64,000 nucleotides of DNA from Podarcis muralis (taxonomy: Eukaryota): contig NC_135661.1 of NCBI RefSeq assembly GCF_964188315.1, positions 51,026,001 to 51,090,000 on the forward strand, in the 5' to 3' direction. Below the pieces are notes generated by a model. It made no database searches and was not told the DNA's origin. It saw nothing but the letters and a program-made list of their open reading frames with translations. Below are positions 62,830-64,000 of the stretch, piece after piece. Positions within the stretch are counted from its first letter, which is position 1. Each line of letters starts with the position of its first letter. The translations under genes and the position numbers were made by a program.

Positions 62830-64000
62830 ACTCCCGAGCGCGGCCGATTTATTGAAAAATGCATTACATGGGATTAAACTGGATTTCCTCCTTTTTAAAT
62901 CTACGCTGGCAGATCCGGCGCGCAAGCCAGCTGCATCTCCTCTCCGCCGCGGACTTAGGTTTCCCAGGGAGCCTTTGATTCTGCTATTCCGGTAACAGAC
63001 TGGAGCGGGGAGGGAGGGAGGCTTCTCCGGGGGAATCCCTCCCGCCGCCCCCTCCCTTTGCTTTGGGATCAAGTACTTAAGGACACGGCAGGGGGGTGGT
63101 GAGGGGGAAGAAGAAGAGGAAGGCGCGCGGGTGGCACAATCGTCACAGTTTGCGGGGGGGGCGGGTTGATCGTGAGCCGAGATGACAAGGAGGGAGGCGG
63201 CGGGGGCAGAGGAGCGAGCAGGCGAGGCGGAGATGAAGGGGCGGAGAGCGGAGCGGTGATGAATTGGAAAGATGACACGAGGCCCGGGATGCGTATATTT
63301 TGCTGCGGCGGCGGCGGCTGCATGACTCCACGACGTCAGCAGCAGCCCCGGAGCCGCGGCGCGTCACGGTGGTCTCCCCCTCCATCGTGCCGGGGTCTAC
63401 GGGAGTAGGGCTGCCACCGCCAGACGCGGAGCTCAGCGGGCAACTCACGGTCACAGCAGCGACGTGCGCGCTCGGTTGTTCCCGCGGCCGCGAACGAGAG
63501 GAACGTCTTCCCAGCACCGAGGGAGAAGAGAGGCGCCGCGCCGCGCCGGGCTCCGAGCTGGATCGCGACCCGTCGCGTCTGCAAGCCGGCCAAGGTGAGC
63601 CCCGCAGCCCAGCCCCGAGGTAGCGGGAAAGGTGCCCAGGCGCGCCATGGCGCCGCCGGAGAGCCGGCTGTAGCCGCCGTGAACGGAGGCTCCTGCCCGA
63701 CGGCCCCCTCCGAGGAGAGCGCCCCGCCACTGCCGCCGCCATGGACAAGGCCGGCTCCGTGCACGCGTCGGTGCCCACGCCGCCGCCGCGCCTCTACCTC
63801 CCGCGCAACTTCAGCTGCAGCGCCTGCCTCTACGGCAGCCTAGCCGACCAGTGCAAGGGGGGCTGCAGCCCGGAGCCCGAGCCCGTCGAGGGGCCGCTGT
63901 CGTCGTCGTCTCCGCCGCCCTGCTCCTCGCCGCCGCCGCCCTCCCCGCCGGTGACCCCAGAGGCGGCGGCAGCGGCTGTCGCCCCCCCGAAGCCGCCCCC
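62830..64000 (+). promoter_or_regulatory. CpG island, promoter and 5' exon(s) of an unidentified + strand gene
   Basis: Very CpG-rich, CRE-like GACGTCA at about 63332, and a strong donor AAG|GTGAGC at 63594/63595. Confidence 0.85.
63741..64000 (+). CDS. 5' part of an unidentified protein-coding gene, open to the window edge: MDKAGSVHASVPTPPPRLYLPRNFSCSACLYGSLADQCKGGCSPEPEPVEGPLSSSSPPP...
   Basis: Optimal Kozak context GCCGCCGCCATGG, 86 codons without a stop, strong GC3 bias and a non-repetitive Cys/aromatic segment. Absent from the ORF track because the stop is outside the window. Confidence 0.7.
   Translation, partial: MDKAGSVHASVPTPPPRLYLPRNFSCSACLYGSLADQCKGGCSPEPEPVEGPLSSSSPPPCSSPPPPSPPVTPEAAAAAVAPPKPP

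Noticed and set aside
52000-63700. GCSH exons expected from human synteny
   Set aside because: No recognisable GCSH peptide by eye on either strand, so it is not annotated; it may lie beyond the window.

Overview
Vertebrate genomic DNA, most likely a lacertid lizard (inferred from Sauria SINE and Squam3-type SINE content), syntenic with human 16q23.2. I reconstructed by hand, with GT-AG junctions and continuous reading frames, CENPN (10 coding exons, 346 aa, +), ATMIN/ASCIZ (4 exons, 817 aa, +) and C16orf46 (2 coding exons, 454 aa, -). A probable non-coding first exon of CMC2 (-) shares a bidirectional CpG-island promoter with CENPN. The window ends in a fourth CpG island with the start of a + strand coding gene I cannot name, where GCSH would be expected from human synteny. 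The rest is introns and intergenic DNA dense in SINEs, L2/CR1 fragments and hAT or Tigger-type MITEs. No CRISPR, rRNA or genuine tRNA genes were seen. The most unusual observations are a diverged but still open duplicate of the C16orf46 terminal exon with its own in-phase acceptor, the unidentified gene at the right edge, an in-frame upstream ATG that could add a basic 20-aa N-terminus to CENP-N, and a four-unit hAT MITE array with signs of gene conversion. Comparisons with human proteins are from memory and were not run as alignments.
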